Part shown: piece by piece, positions 44,936-57,200 of the stretch
Position numbering within the stretch: position 1 is the stretch's first letter
Layout of the letters: each line of letters starts with the position of its first letter
Assembly (NCBI GenBank): GCA_045603405.1
Contig: JAZUMA010000012.1
Coordinates: 74,306-138,305 of the forward strand
Direction of reading: 5' to 3'
Length of the DNA stretch: 64,000 nucleotides
Source of the DNA: Alphaproteobacteria bacterium
GTDB taxonomy: Bacteria; Pseudomonadota; Alphaproteobacteria; RF32; CAG-239
Notes under the pieces: model-generated
Database searches by the model: none
Told to the model about the DNA's origin: nothing
What the model saw: the letters and a program-made list of their open reading frames with translations, nothing else
Made by a program: the position numbers and the translations under genes

Positions 44936-45586
44936 CTATTTTTTTGTCTTTGCCGTTGTTTTACGCACCGGTCTCTTAGTTGTTTTAGAAGTGCCAGAAA
45001 CTTTTTTTTCTACTGATTTAGCAGAAGTAACCTTTTTGCTGTTTTCTTGTTTAATATATTCAAGACTCTTAGCAAAATATTGATAGCCTGTGTAAAACGT
45101 TAAAATTCCGGCAACCCAAAGCAATATCTCTCCTAATTCCCCCCATATAAACCAGCCTTTGAAAAACAGCATAGATAAAGAAGTCATTTGAAAACCGGTT
45201 TTCCATTTTGCCAAACGTGTAACCGGCAACCCTACATTTACTTCGCGCAAAAATTCACGCAAGCCGGAAACTAAGATTTCACGACAGAGAATAACAAAAA
45301 CGGGAATATAGCTGATTGGGTGAATAAATTCCGGCTTTGCTAAGAAGGCGACTAAGGCAGTGGCAACTAAAAGTTTATCGGCAATCGGATCCAATAAACG
45401 ACCAAAAGCAGAAACTTCTCCGCGTGCGCGAGCTAATTTTCCGTCATAGTAATCCGTAACGGAGGCAGCTATAAACAAGATACCGGCAAAGTAGTTAAAC
45501 CAGCAGCAGTTAAAATAAACAGATAGAAAAATCAACGGAATGACAGCTATTCTTGATAGCGTAAGCAAGTTAGGCAAATTATACAC
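44936..45586 (-). CDS. pgsA: CDP-diacylglycerol--glycerol-3-phosphate 3-phosphatidyltransferase
   Basis: PNLLT, D..DG..AR...G..LDPIADK; follows uvrC. Confidence 0.95.
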   Translation of the reverse strand: MYNLPNLLTLSRIAVIPLIFLSVYFNCCWFNYFAGILFIAASVTDYYDGKLARARGEVSAFGRLLDPIADKLLVATALVAFLAKPEFIHPISYIPVFVILCREILVSGLREFLREVNVGLPVTRLAKWKTGFQMTSLSMLFFKGWFIWGELGEILLWVAGILTFYTGYQYFAKSLEYIKQENSKKVTSAKSVEKKVSGTSKTTKRPVRKTTAKTKK

Positions 45587-45643
45587 GACAATATTCCTTT
45601 CTAATAATTAAGGCACCAATTGAGTCTAGTATAGTAGCATTTT

Positions 45644-47449
45644 TTATTTATGAAAGAAATTATAAATGTTTTCAGCTGTTTTTTTACTAATACCGGAAAT
45701 TTTGGTCATATCTTCGACAGAAGCATCTTTAATTGCCTCAACCGAGCCAAAGTAATTAAGTAAATCTCTTTTGCGCCTTGCCCCTATTCCTTCTATCTCA
45801 TCTAAACTTGACTTAACCATAGACTTTCCGCGTTTTTTTCGGTGTGTGCCAATAGCAAAGCGATGGGCTTCATCGCGTAATGTTTGCAAATAAAAGGCTA
45901 TAGATGAACGATATGGAAGAGCAAAGCTCTCTTTATCTATTTGATGATAGAATTCTTTACCGGCATTACGTTCAATACCCTTAGATATAGCAATAATGCG
46001 AATATGAGATAAATCATAACCTTTTAAGCACTCGTGTACTGCGTGTAATTGCCCTAAACCTCCATCCAGCAAAATAATATCCGGTCTGTTGTTCTCATCC
46101 ATGTGTTCAAAACGTCTGGTTAAAACCTCTTTCATCATTGCAAAGTCATCATTGGTAATTGCCGGATTTTTTATATTAAAGATGCGATAAGATTTTTTAT
46201 CAAACCCATCAGGAGTTGCTACAACCATAGCCCCAACGGCATAACTTCCCTGATTATGAGAGTTATCGTAAATTTCAATCCGTTTAGGTAAATTCGGTAA
46301 ATCAAAATAATGTCTCATTTCTTCTAAATTAGCATGAATGCTTTTATTTTCAGCCAATCGTCGTTCTATTGCAGCTAAAGCATTTTGGCGAGCATTTTCA
46401 ATCAGTTTAAATTTATTACCTTTGCTAAATGTAGAGATTTTGACATCCAGAGCTTTTTCTAAAAATTCAGCATTTTCTAAAGAGAGCGAAACAAAAATTT
46501 CCTTAGGTGGCAGATGATTTGTATAAAAAGTACTTAAAAAAGCTTCTAAAACTTCTGTATCGGTAGCATCTTCTGTCGTTTTAATAAAATAAGGTGCATT
46601 ACCGCAGTTTTGTCCGCCACGGATAAAGAACACATCAATACAGTACCAACCATCTTTTTCGGCAACACCTATTATATCAATAGATTTTAAGCCGGCATAC
46701 TCTAAATTTGCATGTGTTTGGATACCTGTAAGCGCTCTGATGCGCTCGCGTAAAATAATGGCTTGCTCAAAATTTTCATCTTCGCTGGCTTGTTGCATTT
46801 TTAGAGATAATTCTTTTTGAATGGATGTATTTTTTCCTTCTAAAAAGGCAATAACCTCTCTGACTGTTTCATCATAATCGGCTTTAGAAATTTTTTTGCA
46901 ACAAGGAGCTGAACATCGCTTTATTTGGTATAATAAACAAGGACGCTCTCGATTGTTAAAAACATTATTGCGGCAGCTTCTTAACATAAAAATTTTTTGA
47001 ATTGTATCCATTACTTCGTTAACTGTATTTGCACTTGCATACGGTCCAAAATAGCGGCAATGATTATGCCGTTGTCCTCTGAATTTTCTTAAAGCCGGAT
47101 AATCTTCAGTCAAATCAATCATTAAATGCGGATAAGATTTGTCATCTTTCAGCAAAATATTATATTTAGGATGGAGTTTTTTAATAAGTTCATTTTCTAC
47201 AATAAGTGCGCGATTTTCGTTTTCAACAATGATAAACTCCATTTTACGCACTTCCGCGACCATCCTTTGTAAACGAGTAGTCAATTGTTCTATCCGCGTA
47301 TAGGCAACAATTCTTTTTTTGATATTTTTTGCTTTTCCGACATATAGAACTTTGTCATTTTCATCAAGCATACGGTAGACACCCGGTCGTTCCGGTGCAA
47401 TCTTTACATTTTGGCGAAGAACGCTTAATCCGAGCTCTATATCAAACAT
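45644..47449 (-). CDS. uvrC: Excinuclease ABC subunit C
   Basis: PGVYRM...YVGKAK GIY-YIG domain, Cys cluster, YDNSH, DGGLGQ, RDEAHRFA, HhH. Confidence 0.96.
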   Translation of the reverse strand: MFDIELGLSVLRQNVKIAPERPGVYRMLDENDKVLYVGKAKNIKKRIVAYTRIEQLTTRLQRMVAEVRKMEFIIVENENRALIVENELIKKLHPKYNILLKDDKSYPHLMIDLTEDYPALRKFRGQRHNHCRYFGPYASANTVNEVMDTIQKIFMLRSCRNNVFNNRERPCLLYQIKRCSAPCCKKISKADYDETVREVIAFLEGKNTSIQKELSLKMQQASEDENFEQAIILRERIRALTGIQTHANLEYAGLKSIDIIGVAEKDGWYCIDVFFIRGGQNCGNAPYFIKTTEDATDTEVLEAFLSTFYTNHLPPKEIFVSLSLENAEFLEKALDVKISTFSKGNKFKLIENARQNALAAIERRLAENKSIHANLEEMRHYFDLPNLPKRIEIYDNSHNQGSYAVGAMVVATPDGFDKKSYRIFNIKNPAITNDDFAMMKEVLTRRFEHMDENNRPDIILLDGGLGQLHAVHECLKGYDLSHIRIIAISKGIERNAGKEFYHQIDKESFALPYRSSIAFYLQTLRDEAHRFAIGTHRKKRGKSMVKSSLDEIEGIGARRKRDLLNYFGSVEAIKDASVEDMTKISGISKKTAENIYNFFHK

Positions 47450-47451
47450 TT

Positions 47452-48930
47452 TCAATCCATATATTTCCATTCTTTTCCGTTGTAAACACATCCATGTTTT
47501 TGATACTGTGGTTTAAGAACATACAAGTTACCAACTTTGCTTTGCTCATAATATGTTGCAAGCAGATAAGGATCTATTTTGTGTGCAGGAATATGTTTAT
47601 CACGCTGTTCCCAATATGTATCCCAAAAAATTCCCCCAAAAACAACTTTCGGTTTTTTAGTACGAATCAGCTCATTTAAATTATCTCGCTTTCGCACGCC
47701 GACCTTTTCTCCCAAAACGTCTATTTGTCCTAATAAAATAGAGTAATAACCTGCATCTTTTGCTTTTAGATTATAAGTTGTAAAATAGCCGTTAAGAGCA
47801 TAATCACATGGTGTTAGCAGATTAAAAGTAAATTCATGTGTATTTTGATATTCGTGTGTTTTAATTTCTCTTCTATATGTTATGTAATAGCTGTACCAAG
47901 ATATAAATAATAAATAAAGTATACCGATAAAACACAAGGGTTTATCTATTTTTTTGAATTTACTTAAAAACATAACTGTAAGCATAATGGCGGTCATCAG
48001 CCAAAAAATAACATAATGCAAAAAAGCAGAAAAATAAAACAAACGTAAGACCGTTTCTAAAAAAAACATTATACAAAACATCCGCTCGATAGCGTTTCCT
48101 TTAATTAATAAATATATTGAAGCGATACCGCCTATCGGCAAAAATATATAAAAATCTATGTATTCTTTAGGCGGAAAAATAATCCGTTGTTTTTGAAAAA
48201 TATTTGGTATATAAAGATTGAAAGTATAGTTAGAAAGCCAATATACTTTAAGTGCATCGCAACTATAAAGAATTGCAATAAACGCCACCAATAAAACAAG
48301 TGGTAAAAGAGAAGCAATTAGCAAATGCTTAAATTTTATTTTACCCACGCATAACCAATATAAAACAAATATTCCCGGCACAACCAAATGCATCAGCACT
48401 TTTTGTGTAAACATAAAGCTGATAAAAAAGCACAGAAAACTGATAACTAAAAGTTTTGCCTTTGTTTGTTCAACATATTTTAACAGGTAATATAGCCCCA
48501 TATAAAACATGGCAAACATAAACGTATCCGGTCTGTAATCTGTTGACCATAAAAGAGAATATGCAGAAACAAGAATCGCTGCTAAAAATAAAGCTGCCGT
48601 TTTATTTTTATTATCAAGAAAGAATATTTTAGTTTGATAATAGGCAATAACATAAAGTGTAGCCAAGCCGATAATATTAAATATGCTATAAATACTGAAA
48701 TCATCAATCAACATAGCAACAAGCGGAGCAGAAAGGTACCACGTCAGCGGGTTATGGTGCTGAAAGAAATCACGATAAGGGACTTCACCCATCCATATTA
48801 GCCATGACGTATGCAAATGCTCAACATTATCGCCGTTTGCTTTTAGTACAAAACCATATATATATGCGCTGATAAAAAACATCAGCACCATATATATCCA
48901 CAAAAACCTATGCATATACTTAGTTTGCAT
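47452..48930 (-). CDS. Multi-TM GT-C-fold (ArnT/PMT-like) glycosyltransferase, paralog 1
   Basis: First loop NGDNVEHLH...PYRDFFQHHNPL, RPD motif, about 11 TMs, periplasmic C-terminal domain. Confidence 0.65.
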   Translation of the reverse strand: MQTKYMHRFLWIYMVLMFFISAYIYGFVLKANGDNVEHLHTSWLIWMGEVPYRDFFQHHNPLTWYLSAPLVAMLIDDFSIYSIFNIIGLATLYVIAYYQTKIFFLDNKNKTAALFLAAILVSAYSLLWSTDYRPDTFMFAMFYMGLYYLLKYVEQTKAKLLVISFLCFFISFMFTQKVLMHLVVPGIFVLYWLCVGKIKFKHLLIASLLPLVLLVAFIAILYSCDALKVYWLSNYTFNLYIPNIFQKQRIIFPPKEYIDFYIFLPIGGIASIYLLIKGNAIERMFCIMFFLETVLRLFYFSAFLHYVIFWLMTAIMLTVMFLSKFKKIDKPLCFIGILYLLFISWYSYYITYRREIKTHEYQNTHEFTFNLLTPCDYALNGYFTTYNLKAKDAGYYSILLGQIDVLGEKVGVRKRDNLNELIRTKKPKVVFGGIFWDTYWEQRDKHIPAHKIDPYLLATYYEQSKVGNLYVLKPQYQKHGCVYNGKEWKYMD

Positions 48931-50419
48931 AAAGCCACTCCTTCTTTTGTGCATTATATCGGCAATTTTTTTCTCTTAACTCATATTTTAGTATATAAAA
49001 ATCAGGAAACGGTGTCGGAATATAATAATCATTTATTATATTTTTATCCACCTGTTGAATATAAATATTTTCTCCCCGATGTTGAGCGTAGCTGTTCCAA
49101 TAAACTCCGCCATAAATAAATTTTGGTTTATATTTGAGTACAAGCTCAATAACATCAGGTTTCTTTTTTATTCCGGCTTCTTCTCCGGCAACATCAACAT
49201 GCCCGAGCATAGACCAATAGTAATGCGGATCTTTGCTTATAATGGACTGATTACCGAAATAACTGCTTAAAACATAATCACAAGGAGTAATATTATTGGC
49301 AATATAACGTGCAAAAGTTCTATCTTGCGAGCGAGGCTTTAAATATTGTTTTTTACTGATTGCCGCCCCATAAACAGCAACAACCGATAAAATAAAAATA
49401 ATTCCGATATTTTTGTTTTTTGTCTTTTCAATTAGAACACTGTTCAATATAGTAATATAAATCATTAGCGGCAACAGATAGTAAGGCGCAATAGAAAAAT
49501 AGAAGCACCGCATCCCCAGTTCAATTATAAATAATAAGCTGATAAGCCTAAAGTAAATACTTTCTTTATAAAACAAAAACAGAACACTAAAGAATGAAAG
49601 TACAACCGCCGGATACAGCATTTGGACGTCCATGACATTAATTTTATCCGCGCCGTAATATTTTTGCATAATGATATTAAACGGATAATTTGATTGCCAA
49701 TAAAGCTTTAGTGCATCTGCGTAATAAAGCATAGCAATAAACAACAACAAACTCAATATCGGTAAAACCAACGCAAGTATTATATCTTTTATTGATGCTT
49801 TTTGCTGGTAAAAAATGTATAAACTCAATATTCCGAGCACAGCGCAATCGATTAATATTTTTTGTGTAAACAAAAAACTGATAAAAAAGCATTCAAAAGA
49901 CAAACAAAGCGAATACAAACCGCCTTTATGCCAAAAATTAAAAAGAAAATATAATCCGCATGCATAAAAAAGAGCCATAAATGTATCCGGATTATAGTTA
50001 AAACAAAAAATATAATAATATGGCGGGCATAAAATAAGCAACGCCGTTAATGTTGATAAAAAAGAAGCATTAAAAAAACGCCGACATATTTTATAGACAA
50101 CTGAAAATGTGAGTATTCCGCCGGCAATTCCCAATGCGTGCACTATATCAAGCAATGTTAATACATTTGTCGATAAATAAACAATCGGTGCAAAAATATA
50201 CCATAAAAGAGGATTGTGATGTTGAAAAAAATCTCGATACGGAACTTTCCCATTGGCCACAAGCCAGGTTGCATGCAGATGTTCCACATTGTCCCCATTG
50301 CCGGTTTCAGTATAAAAAATCGTCCATACGGCAAAACCAAGTGCATAAAAAAGTACGCCGAGCAAAATTATTTGCGCCAGCCTTGTCAGCAACTTATTAT
50401 TTACATGCCTTGTTTCCAT
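48920..50419 (-). CDS. Multi-TM GT-C-fold glycosyltransferase, paralog 2
   Basis: Same NGDNVEHLH and PYRDFFQHHNPL motifs, NPD, TPCDY; start moved to 50419. Confidence 0.65.
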   Translation of the reverse strand: METRHVNNKLLTRLAQIILLGVLFYALGFAVWTIFYTETGNGDNVEHLHATWLVANGKVPYRDFFQHHNPLLWYIFAPIVYLSTNVLTLLDIVHALGIAGGILTFSVVYKICRRFFNASFLSTLTALLILCPPYYYIFCFNYNPDTFMALFYACGLYFLFNFWHKGGLYSLCLSFECFFISFLFTQKILIDCAVLGILSLYIFYQQKASIKDIILALVLPILSLLLFIAMLYYADALKLYWQSNYPFNIIMQKYYGADKINVMDVQMLYPAVVLSFFSVLFLFYKESIYFRLISLLFIIELGMRCFYFSIAPYYLLPLMIYITILNSVLIEKTKNKNIGIIFILSVVAVYGAAISKKQYLKPRSQDRTFARYIANNITPCDYVLSSYFGNQSIISKDPHYYWSMLGHVDVAGEEAGIKKKPDVIELVLKYKPKFIYGGVYWNSYAQHRGENIYIQQVDKNIINDYYIPTPFPDFYILKYELREKNCRYNAQKKEWLYAN

Positions 50420-50459
50420 TTGTTTACATATTAAAAAAATTAACTTAATAAGTCTATAT

Positions 50460-51098
50460 CTAAAGTTTTTTATCCTTGCAATAACAAAAATCAACTATCG
50501 GACATTGTAAACAAAGAGGTTTTTGCGCTTTGCAAATATAGCGCCCGAATAATACCATCCAATGATTAGCGTTTATAACATATTTATCCGGTAAAACTTT
50601 TAATAAATCTTTTTCAATCTCCAAAGGTGTTTTACCGCGGCTGAAATCTAAGCGCCGGGCAATACGCATCACATGCGTATCTACCGCCAAGGTCGGCAGA
50701 TGATACCAAACATTAAGCACCACATTAGCTGTTTTACGCCCCACACCGGCCAAGCTTTCTAAATCTTCTCGCTTATCAGGTACTTGCCCGTCAAAGCGCT
50801 CCATTAATTCATGGCTTAAAGTGATAATGTTTTTTGCCTTATTATTAAAAAGACCGATGGTGCGAATATAAGAGATAAGCTTTTTCTCCCCTAAATCCAA
50901 CATTTTTTGCGGTGTATCGGCAATTTGAAACAACTCTTCCGTCGCGCGGTTTACCCCTTTGTCTGTTGCTTGTGCTGAGAGTACAACGGCCACTAACAGC
51001 GTATAAGCATTGTGATAATTAAGCTCACACTTAGGGTTCGGATTATTACGTTCAAATACCGCCATAATCTTTAATATTTCATCTTTTCTACGCATCAC
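50460..51098 (-). CDS. nth: Endonuclease III
   Basis: LSAQATD, GVGRKTANV, VDTHV, C-x6-C-x2-C-x5-C Fe-S motif. Confidence 0.96.
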   Translation of the reverse strand: MMRRKDEILKIMAVFERNNPNPKCELNYHNAYTLLVAVVLSAQATDKGVNRATEELFQIADTPQKMLDLGEKKLISYIRTIGLFNNKAKNIITLSHELMERFDGQVPDKREDLESLAGVGRKTANVVLNVWYHLPTLAVDTHVMRIARRLDFSRGKTPLEIEKDLLKVLPDKYVINANHWMVLFGRYICKAQKPLCLQCPIVDFCYCKDKKL

Positions 51099-51254
51099 AA
51101 CCTCTCTATAGAGCCTTTATTAGCATAAAAAACAGAACCTTTGCAAGCCTAAATTTTTGTTAAGAAGCCGGTTATAACTCCTAAAATAAATTCATTAATT
51201 AAGATAACTAAAATTTATTTTTTCATTCGCAATAGCGTATTTTCAACTTTAACC

Positions 51255-54200
51255 TTATAGAGGATTGCTTACATTGAACTCTATATCTAAGTAGTAATTT
51301 GTCCTTACGGCATTCCTATTTACCCTTGTGTAGAAAGGTTCGTTTTTATCTTTAAGGTCAAAAACTTTTCCTGTATCAGGCATGTATATATAGATAGCAC
51401 CTCTTTTATCAGAGTCGCTGCTCTCTGTAAATGGATATTCAGTACAAGCTTTAGCAATATAATAAGGCATACGATAAATATGATAAGGCGAACTCTTATC
51501 TTCTTCACATTGGTCTCCAATGTTCATATCAAGCAAGGTTCCATAGGCATTGTTCTTAAATTCTTTAAAGTCTAGTGTTGTATTTATCTCTTTATAAGCA
51601 TCTGTTGAGTAGCCCTTATCGTAGAAAGTTTCGTCATCACCAAAGAAGTTATAATTATCGAATTTATCCATACCCTTAATCTGCGGTTTACCAAATAAAT
51701 CCATATCCTCATCTTCTGTTAAGAGGCTCTCAGATAAATTCTCTGACCCGGGAGCTCCTTCGCCATTACGAGAGTAACTGTAATCAATGATAAAGTGTTC
51801 AGGAACTGATGAAGAACCATAAGTATAACGACCTGTTAATGTGAGTTTATAGTAGACATTATAGTTGTATTTTTCTTTACATATGTAACAAGGCATATTA
51901 TGAACTGTTTTTCCTGCTAGCGTACAGTCTAGATTCTCCTGTGGTTCGGCGAAATAACCATTCATTTCGCAACTAGCAAACTTTCCATCGTTTTCATCGT
52001 CGTCGCTTACAGTCACAGTCTCAGCTACAGCCATATCATTAATTAACCAAACATAGTCATCATAAACACGACCATAGTATAGTGGTTCTTCATTAGGAAC
52101 TGTTCGAGTAACCCATCTATCACCGACTTTTTCAGTCTCTATTACATAATTAGATCGGGCTGCTTCAAATACTCCGCGCATTTCTCCCTCTAATTCAATT
52201 TTACTGAAAGTCTCAGGTTCTCCATTAGGACATTCGAGGTGTATATTCCTATCCCCTGGGAAAATTTCATATATTGTTGCTCCGGTGGGAAGAACATCGT
52301 CTGTTCCACCAAGACTTCGCTTGTAGCAACACCTATCGAGTCCTTCTTTGGTGGTGTCATAATATAAGCATGTATGGCAATCATTATTTACGCAGACTTG
52401 ATTATTATATGGGGCAGCAAAACAACCGCGTTCTATCCGACTAGACAAACGAATACTTCTTGGTAATCCCCATCTAAAAAACCAACCATAAGTGCCGCTG
52501 GTGTATTTCCATCCACTTTCTATGTCCAAGAAAAATCGACTTGCTTTATAGTTAATATCGCTAGGTTTACCTTGTTGTTTTGTCATTTTAGCGTCTACGA
52601 CCACAGGCTTATAGAAACCACCGGTGACAAACTGATCTCCTGACTTATTAACTTTCTCATTAAAATAACATTGAGTAGTTGCTAATGTGTAATTTTTAAC
52701 TGTGCCAAAACTTGTACTCAATGGAACAGCGTCATAACAGCTTTCATCTAAGACTAACTGGCCGTTCTGCTCCTCTTTGGGAATTTCTTTACCGGCAACG
52801 TAGTAGTAAGTACTAGCTATTACATCTCTAGGACTACCTGTAACTTTGGCCTGAGCGGAAATTTTTTCAACAAAGTTTCCTGGACGATCGCAAACATAGT
52901 AAATACGTTCATTCTCTTCAAGCTCAAAGAATTCCGGTTTCTTATCATGGTAATCATCACCATTATTTATTAACATTGATAAATTAGCAAATTGTGATGG
53001 ACAACTTATTTCATCTCCATTTTCATTATAACAATTACATTCATCAGCACTTTCTCTGTCATGATAAACGCCATTGTCATCATAACAGCCTTCTGTTTCA
53101 AGTTTAGGCCTCCCTGTAATGCACTCATTAGTATCCATATCAGCGCCATGGCAAACAGCCTTAAAGAAAATACATCTTGGGAAGTAATTTAGGTCTGTCA
53201 CAATATCAATCTGTAATGTAAATTCATTATTTACCATACTCTTCCATGTACAGAGTTCTTCGTCACCTGATTCATTTCTTTGCTCACAAACGGGACTTAG
53301 ATTTTCTTTTAAGTAACGCAAATTGCCATTGTTATCTTTTTCAATCTCAATGTTTAAATCACCTTCAGTATTGATTTCAATTCCACTGGTTCTGACAACA
53401 TGTGCAGAATCTGTCGTTACATGGAGATACCCAATGTCATATATATCTTCTCCTTGCCCTGGATTGGTATAACATTTTCTAAACATTGTCTCACCACTTT
53501 GCGGTGTGACTACACTAGATGTACCTCCATTATTTTCATTCATCTCCCAGAAGATCTCTACGTTATTATTTGCTTTAAATTTATTCAATTCCGCTTCTGT
53601 ACAATCTTGACTACCGTTAACACCACTGCATGTATATTTGAAGTTGACGCAGAAATATCCTGGATCTGTCTCTTCAACAGCGTGGAAACATGTTTGTTTT
53701 GCATTTACACTGACTTCATTACCGTTTTCATCTATGGTGGTTGCATATGCATATTGACGCACAGAACGTACACCGACATATGCTGCATTAGGATCTGTAA
53801 TACCTGCAGCAACTTTCGATTCATACCACCCTTGTTCATGGTTACAGCTACAGCCGACATAACATTGCTTTCCACATTCTGTTGCAAAGCCAAGATCTTG
53901 GATATCTTGAAACTGTTTTTCATTAAAGACTTTATCATATGTTAATGACGTTCCAACACTGCTCAAAGCCTCACTACCATCCAGCATCTCATACCCGCTA
54001 CTAGATGTTGAACTATACTTATCATCATATGAATACTTAGCTTCATTACATCCGGTCGGTACACGCCTTATTGTCTCTCCACACTTCTTCGGTGCTCCCC
54101 ACAGATAGTATTGCGCGAGAGAGTTAACATCGGTGCTATATCCGCCATCTACGCCATCTACGCATATTCTACCTAATACACCATCTGGGTCGTTACCATT

Positions 54201-57200
54201 CTCATCAACTTCAGTATCTGCCGTTACCGTTCGTGTAGTATTGGCGTAAACAAGTATCTCTTGTTCTCCGCTGCACCGATCTCTAAACGTCAAATGACAT
54301 CTATCACCGTTAATATCACCTTTTACCAAACAGTAGTCATCCTGACTTGTTCCACACTCGTTTCTTGTTTTATCATCTTCCTTTAATTTAAAGTAGCCCG
54401 TGTCGCACTTATTTGCATCCCATTTACATTCACATTCACCGCATGTAATACCATATTCTGTTGCGCTTGCGCCTTCTTTCCATTCGTAATAATTATTATC
54501 CGGCAGTGTACTTAGTTTTCCATCTGCACATTTTGCCTTATGACATATCTTTTGCCCGCAAGCATTACCGGAAACGCCAGCTGATACTGTGGAACCAATA
54601 GCAAAGTATGATGTATTTGTAATACTTTCATACCACTTATTTGTCTCATTACACTTGTCTATAACATAGCTATGTAATTTTTCCTGTGTATCAACTTTGT
54701 TACCGCCATTTGTTGTTATATCATTATAGATAAATGCACTGGAATTACTACTTGGTTTTTTACATTTTCCACTCGTTGCTTTATTACATGTGATACTTGT
54801 GTTACATTGATGCCCGGCATTATTTGCTGTGCGAGACGTAGAATTAAAGTATGAGGCATTCGGTGCACTGCTATACCAATAATACTCTTCATTGCACCCT
54901 ATCGGATAATATAACTGATATGTTATATGATTTGTTGTTGATGTTTCGCCACCCTCAAATGTCACATTATTATCTCTAAATACATATGCTGCATTACCTA
55001 TGGTCAATTGAGGCTCTGTGTTTCTCCAATGACTAAAATGCCAACTACCATTAGAAATTTCTATCTTTTCTGTCCTAGGTCTCACTGTATAACATGTTTT
55101 ATTATAATCCCAAATATTTTCGCATCTTTTACTGGTCTCGCTGGTTGTCGTAAAGTAGCAACTACCGTTCGAAGAAGGCAATGCACTTGAACTGCTAGCG
55201 TACCATAAATTATTTGTATTACACCCTGATGCATAATACGCTGTAAGAGTCTTACATCCGTTGCCGACATATTCATTTGTAATATCGGTTGTTATTGTTG
55301 TTGCTGTAAAGACATTAGTATTCGGCGCACTTCCGTAATCTGCCTTTATTCCGCTTGCGTATGTGCATGTATATCCGTAGGCGTTAGCTGTTTCTGTTGT
55401 AAAGAAGCATGTATTCGGGTTAGTTGTCGTTGCAACACATCCTGTAGCTCTATAACAGGTAAAGGTATAATTGTTTTCAATTGTTCTTGGTAAAGAAGTT
55501 GTACTAAATATACAATTATTCGGTGATGAGCTATAGGCACCGGCATTCTCGTTACAACTATCTGCTCTATAGCAGGTTGAGCCTGAAGCCTGTGATTTTG
55601 TTACTTTGAAATAACTCGTATTCGGAACACCTGTAACACCGTTAAAGGCATAATTATCTTTGCAGCCAGATGCTCTATAGCAGATAGATCCGGACGCTGA
55701 TGATTTGTTTGTTTTAAAGAATAATGTATTCGGGGCTGAACTATAGGCACCGGCAACAATATGGCAATCCGTACCACGATAACACGTCGAACCTGACGCT
55801 TTAGAACTTATCGTAATAAAGAATGAAGTATTCGGCGTTGAGCTGTATGCACCGGCGCCATAACGGCAATTTGTTCCTCTGTAACAAATAGAAGATGAAC
55901 TGTCCCTTTTACCTGTTGCAAAGAAAGATGTATTCGGCTCTGAGCTATAGGCTCCGGCGGCAATATGACATCCTATTGCTCGGTAACACGTTCTACCGGT
56001 TGCTTTAGAACTTATTGTCACAAAATACGAAGTATTTGGTGATGATCCAGATTCATATGCCCCAGCTTCGAGGCGGCAATTTAAACCACGATAACAATTA
56101 ATACTACTGCTTTTCTTTTCTGTATACCAGAAGAAAGATGTATTTGGAGCTGAAGAGTATGCACCTCCGGCAATATTACAATCTGTTGATCGATAACATG
56201 TCGATCCTGAAGCTTCAGAACTTATTGTCACAAAATATAATGTACTCGGTTCAGAACTATAAGCACCTGCTCTTGTATTACATGATTTACCGCGATGACA
56301 TGTCGAACCTGAAGCTTTAGAACTTACCGTAATAAAGAATGATGTATTTGGCTCTGAACTATATGCACCGCTGACAATATGGCATCCTGTACCGCGATAA
56401 CATGTCGAACCTGATGCTTTAGAGCTTACCGTAATAAAGAACGATGTATTCGGTGTTGAACTGTATGCACCATTTACTGTCTTACATTTATTAGCTCTGA
56501 AACATACTGTGCTGTTTGCCGGTGCTGCACTACTGATTGTATTAAAGAACTGTTCATTCGGAGTTGAACTGTACGCGCCTGCCAATACAGCACAGGAATC
56601 TCCTCTGTAGCAGGTTGAGCCTGATGCTGATGAATTCGTTTGTACAAAGAAACTTGTATTAATAAGTGTATCTTTATTTGTGATTACACTTCCTTTTGCT
56701 GTATTGCATTGTTTACCGCGATAACAAGTCGAACCGGATGCCTTAGAACTTATTGTTATAAAGAACAATGTGTTTGGTTCGGAACTGTATGCACCGGCTC
56801 TTTCACCACAACTTCTTCCTCTGTAACACCTTGAACCTGAAGCAGATGAATCTGCTACAGCAAAGAAGGATGTATTCGGTGATGAGCTATAACTACCACC
56901 AGCTACATTACACTTCTCACCGCGATGGCATGTCGAACCAGATGCTTTTGAATTTACCGTTACAAAGAATGATGTGTTCGGAGATGAAGAATATGCACCG
57001 GACTCAGTATTGCACCTTGAACCGCGATAACAGGTTGAATTCGATGCAGTTGCCTTTGTTGTTATAAAGAAGGATGTATTCGGTGTTGAACTATAGGCAC
57101 CGCCTGAAGTGTTGCAACCATCTGCTCTATAACATCTTGTACTGTTTGTCGGAGAAGAACTGGTAATTGTATTAAAGTAACTTATATCTGGTGTTGAGCT

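Noticed and set aside
10316-50494. Long gene overlaps implied by track starts (e.g. 10316, 17550, 20706, 23050, 23546, 27731, 47491, 50494)
   Set aside because: Downstream ATGs, most with a clear RBS, and family-typical N-termini remove most of the overlap; these are longest-ORF artefacts.
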